The notes below the pieces were generated by a model, which did no database searches, had not been told where the DNA came from, and was given only the letters and a program-made list of their open reading frames with translations. A stretch of 64,000 nucleotides of DNA from Octopus vulgaris (taxonomy: Eukaryota), in NCBI GenBank assembly GCA_951406725.2, contig OX597818.1, positions 42,284,001 to 42,348,000 on the forward strand. Reading direction: 5' to 3'. Below are positions 1 through 64,000 of the stretch, piece after piece; the stretch's first letter is position 1, and every line of letters starts with the position of its first letter. A program made the position numbers and the translations under genes.

Positions 1-637
1 GTGGTGGTTGTGATGAAGATTATGTTTTAATACAGAATTATTAACTTGGATTACATTACTCAAATGCAAGGTAATAATGGGAGTCAATATGTGAGCAAAT
101 ACAACGCAATATATACTCAAGAAATACACGCTGATTAATAAAAAAAGCGAAACATAAAGATCCAAGTACAAAAAATATCATGCCACTTACGAAACAAACC
201 AGTATGCAAATTAGAAGGCAGTCAAAAGTTGAATTTAAAAGGACACGAGGGGAACACACAAAATAAAGTCGTTAAACTTAGTTCAATACTTAGCCAGAAC
301 ATGGAAATATTAGAATTAAATTAGAGCAATATAACAATGATGATACTGGATAATGATGATGATTATGATGATGATGACGATGACGATGATGACGATGATG
401 ACGATGATGATAATTATGATGATGATGATGATGACGACATTGCCGCCGCCGCCGATGATGATGATGTTGATGACAACGACAATGATGATGATGATGGTGA
501 CGATGATGATGTCAATGACGATGATGATGATGACGATGATGTTGATGATAATGATGATGATGATGATGATGATGACGATGATGATGATGATGATGACGAT
601 GACGGTGATGATGATGACGACGATGATGATGATGATT
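1..637. repeat. Intronic segment duplicated at ~6349-6990 (offset 6348), ending in a (GAT)n compound microsatellite
   Basis: Near-identical sequence, including the same interruptions in the GAT tract. Confidence 0.9.
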
Positions 638-699
638 ATTTTAACTTCATCCCACAGATTATTTTAACTTCATCCTGACATCAGCCAATGCTGCAATCT

Positions 700-815
700 C
701 ACTTTAGTTGCTGGGTCTTCTCAATCACTGCATATTTCCAAAGGTCTCAGTCTCCTGTCATTGCCTCTGTGAGGCCCAATGTTCGTAGGTCATGCTTCAC
801 CACCTCATCATGCTT
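700..815 (-). mobile_element. RTE-type LINE 3' fragment
   Basis: Matches 63690-63780 (gggtcttctcaatcac..tgtcattgcctctgtgagg..caccacctcatc). Confidence 0.6.
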
Positions 816-885
816 CACCACGTGAATCATGACCTTCAAATATTGGGCCTCACATGTTCTTCATGTGATTCATTAATGCTTTCAG

Positions 886-62886
<62,001 letters not shown>

Positions 62887-64000
62887 GTAGTGTTATTATC
62901 ATTATAATATATTTTAACATTACAGACTTATTATTTTTCAGGTTCTTGGTTAGCATTTAATAGCCTAAAACCAAACAGCAGTAGGTTTCATGGGCCACAG
63001 ACAAACTTCTTGACCAGTAGCAGATGATTTCATGCAGCTGTTTGAATGCTGCCAATTTGGCAAGACTGACTGGACATTCAGCCTGTTTTAGCACACACAG
63101 AAATATAAAAATGCAAATAGGAAGAGAGAGGGACAGAGAGAGAGAGAGAGAGAGAGAGAGAATCATTACAATTTATTAATTGAAGACAATTGACATAAGG
63201 ACTTTCCATCATCATCAAGATTTAATGTCTGCTTTTCATGCTGGCATGGGTTAGCCAGTTTGACTGAGGACTGGCAAGCCAGAAGGCTGCACCAGGCTCC
63301 AATCTGATCTGGCAAGGTTTCTACAGTTGGATGCCCTTCCTAACACCAACCACTCTGAGAGTGTAGTGGGTGTTTTTTATGAGTCACCGGCATGGGGGCC
63401 AGTCAGGCAGCACTGGCATCAACCATGCTCAAATGGTGCTTTTTATATGCCACTAGTATGGGTGCCACACAGGCAGTACTGACATTGACCACACTCGAAT
63501 GGTGCTTTTTACATGCCACTAGCATGGGTACAAATCAGGCGGCACTGGCATCAGCCACAGCTTTGATTTCACTTGATTCAACAGGTCTTCTCAAGCATAG
63601 TATATTGCCCAATGATTGAAGAGTGCTTTTAAATGGGCCGGTTATGCAACACTGGCATCAGCCATAGCTATGATTTCATTTGACTTGCTGGGTCTTCTCA
63701 ATCACAAGGGTCTCGGTCACTTGTCATTGCCTCTGTGAGGCTCAACGTTCAAAGGTCAAGCCTCACCACCTCATCCCATATCTTCCTGGGTCTGTCTCTT
63801 CCACAGGTTCCCTCAACTGCTAGAGTGTGTCACTTCTTCACACAGCTGTTCTCATCCATACACAACACATGACCATACCAGCACATTCGTCTCTCTTGCA
63901 CACCACATATGATGCTTCTTATGTTCAACTTTTCTCTCAGGGTGCTTACACTCTGTTGTGTATGCACACTGACATTACATATCCAGTGGAGTATACTAAC

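Overview
AT-rich, microsatellite- and SINE-dense animal genomic DNA. The repeat families look cephalopod/Octopus-like; this is inference, not a database match. The whole window lies inside one + strand multi-exon gene that the ORF track largely misses. I read 29 GT-AG coding exons (886..62886) that join in frame into about 1082 codons. They encode a mosaic S1 serine protease: kringle - 8x LDL-receptor class A (LDLa) with Thr-rich spacers - PAN/apple - LDLa - SRCR - LDLa - SRCR - trypsin-like domain. The architecture is Tequila/GRAAL/neurotrypsin-like; the start codon and catalytic Ser lie outside the window. The most striking structure is the LDLa array. Each module is split into two phase-compatible exons and was amplified by tandem duplication, including three ~3.55-3.59 kb near-identical units. 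Substitutions in the N-terminal half-exons of the recent copies are almost all amino-acid changing. The protease also has a non-canonical activation motif (K|LVNEDT, missing Gly19). Introns contain a young CR1-type LINE with an intact RT ORF, an RT-deleted Gypsy LTR element with TSD, mariner/maT relics, Dong/R4, RTE, Penelope, Helitron-like elements and many SINEs. All coordinates were read by eye.
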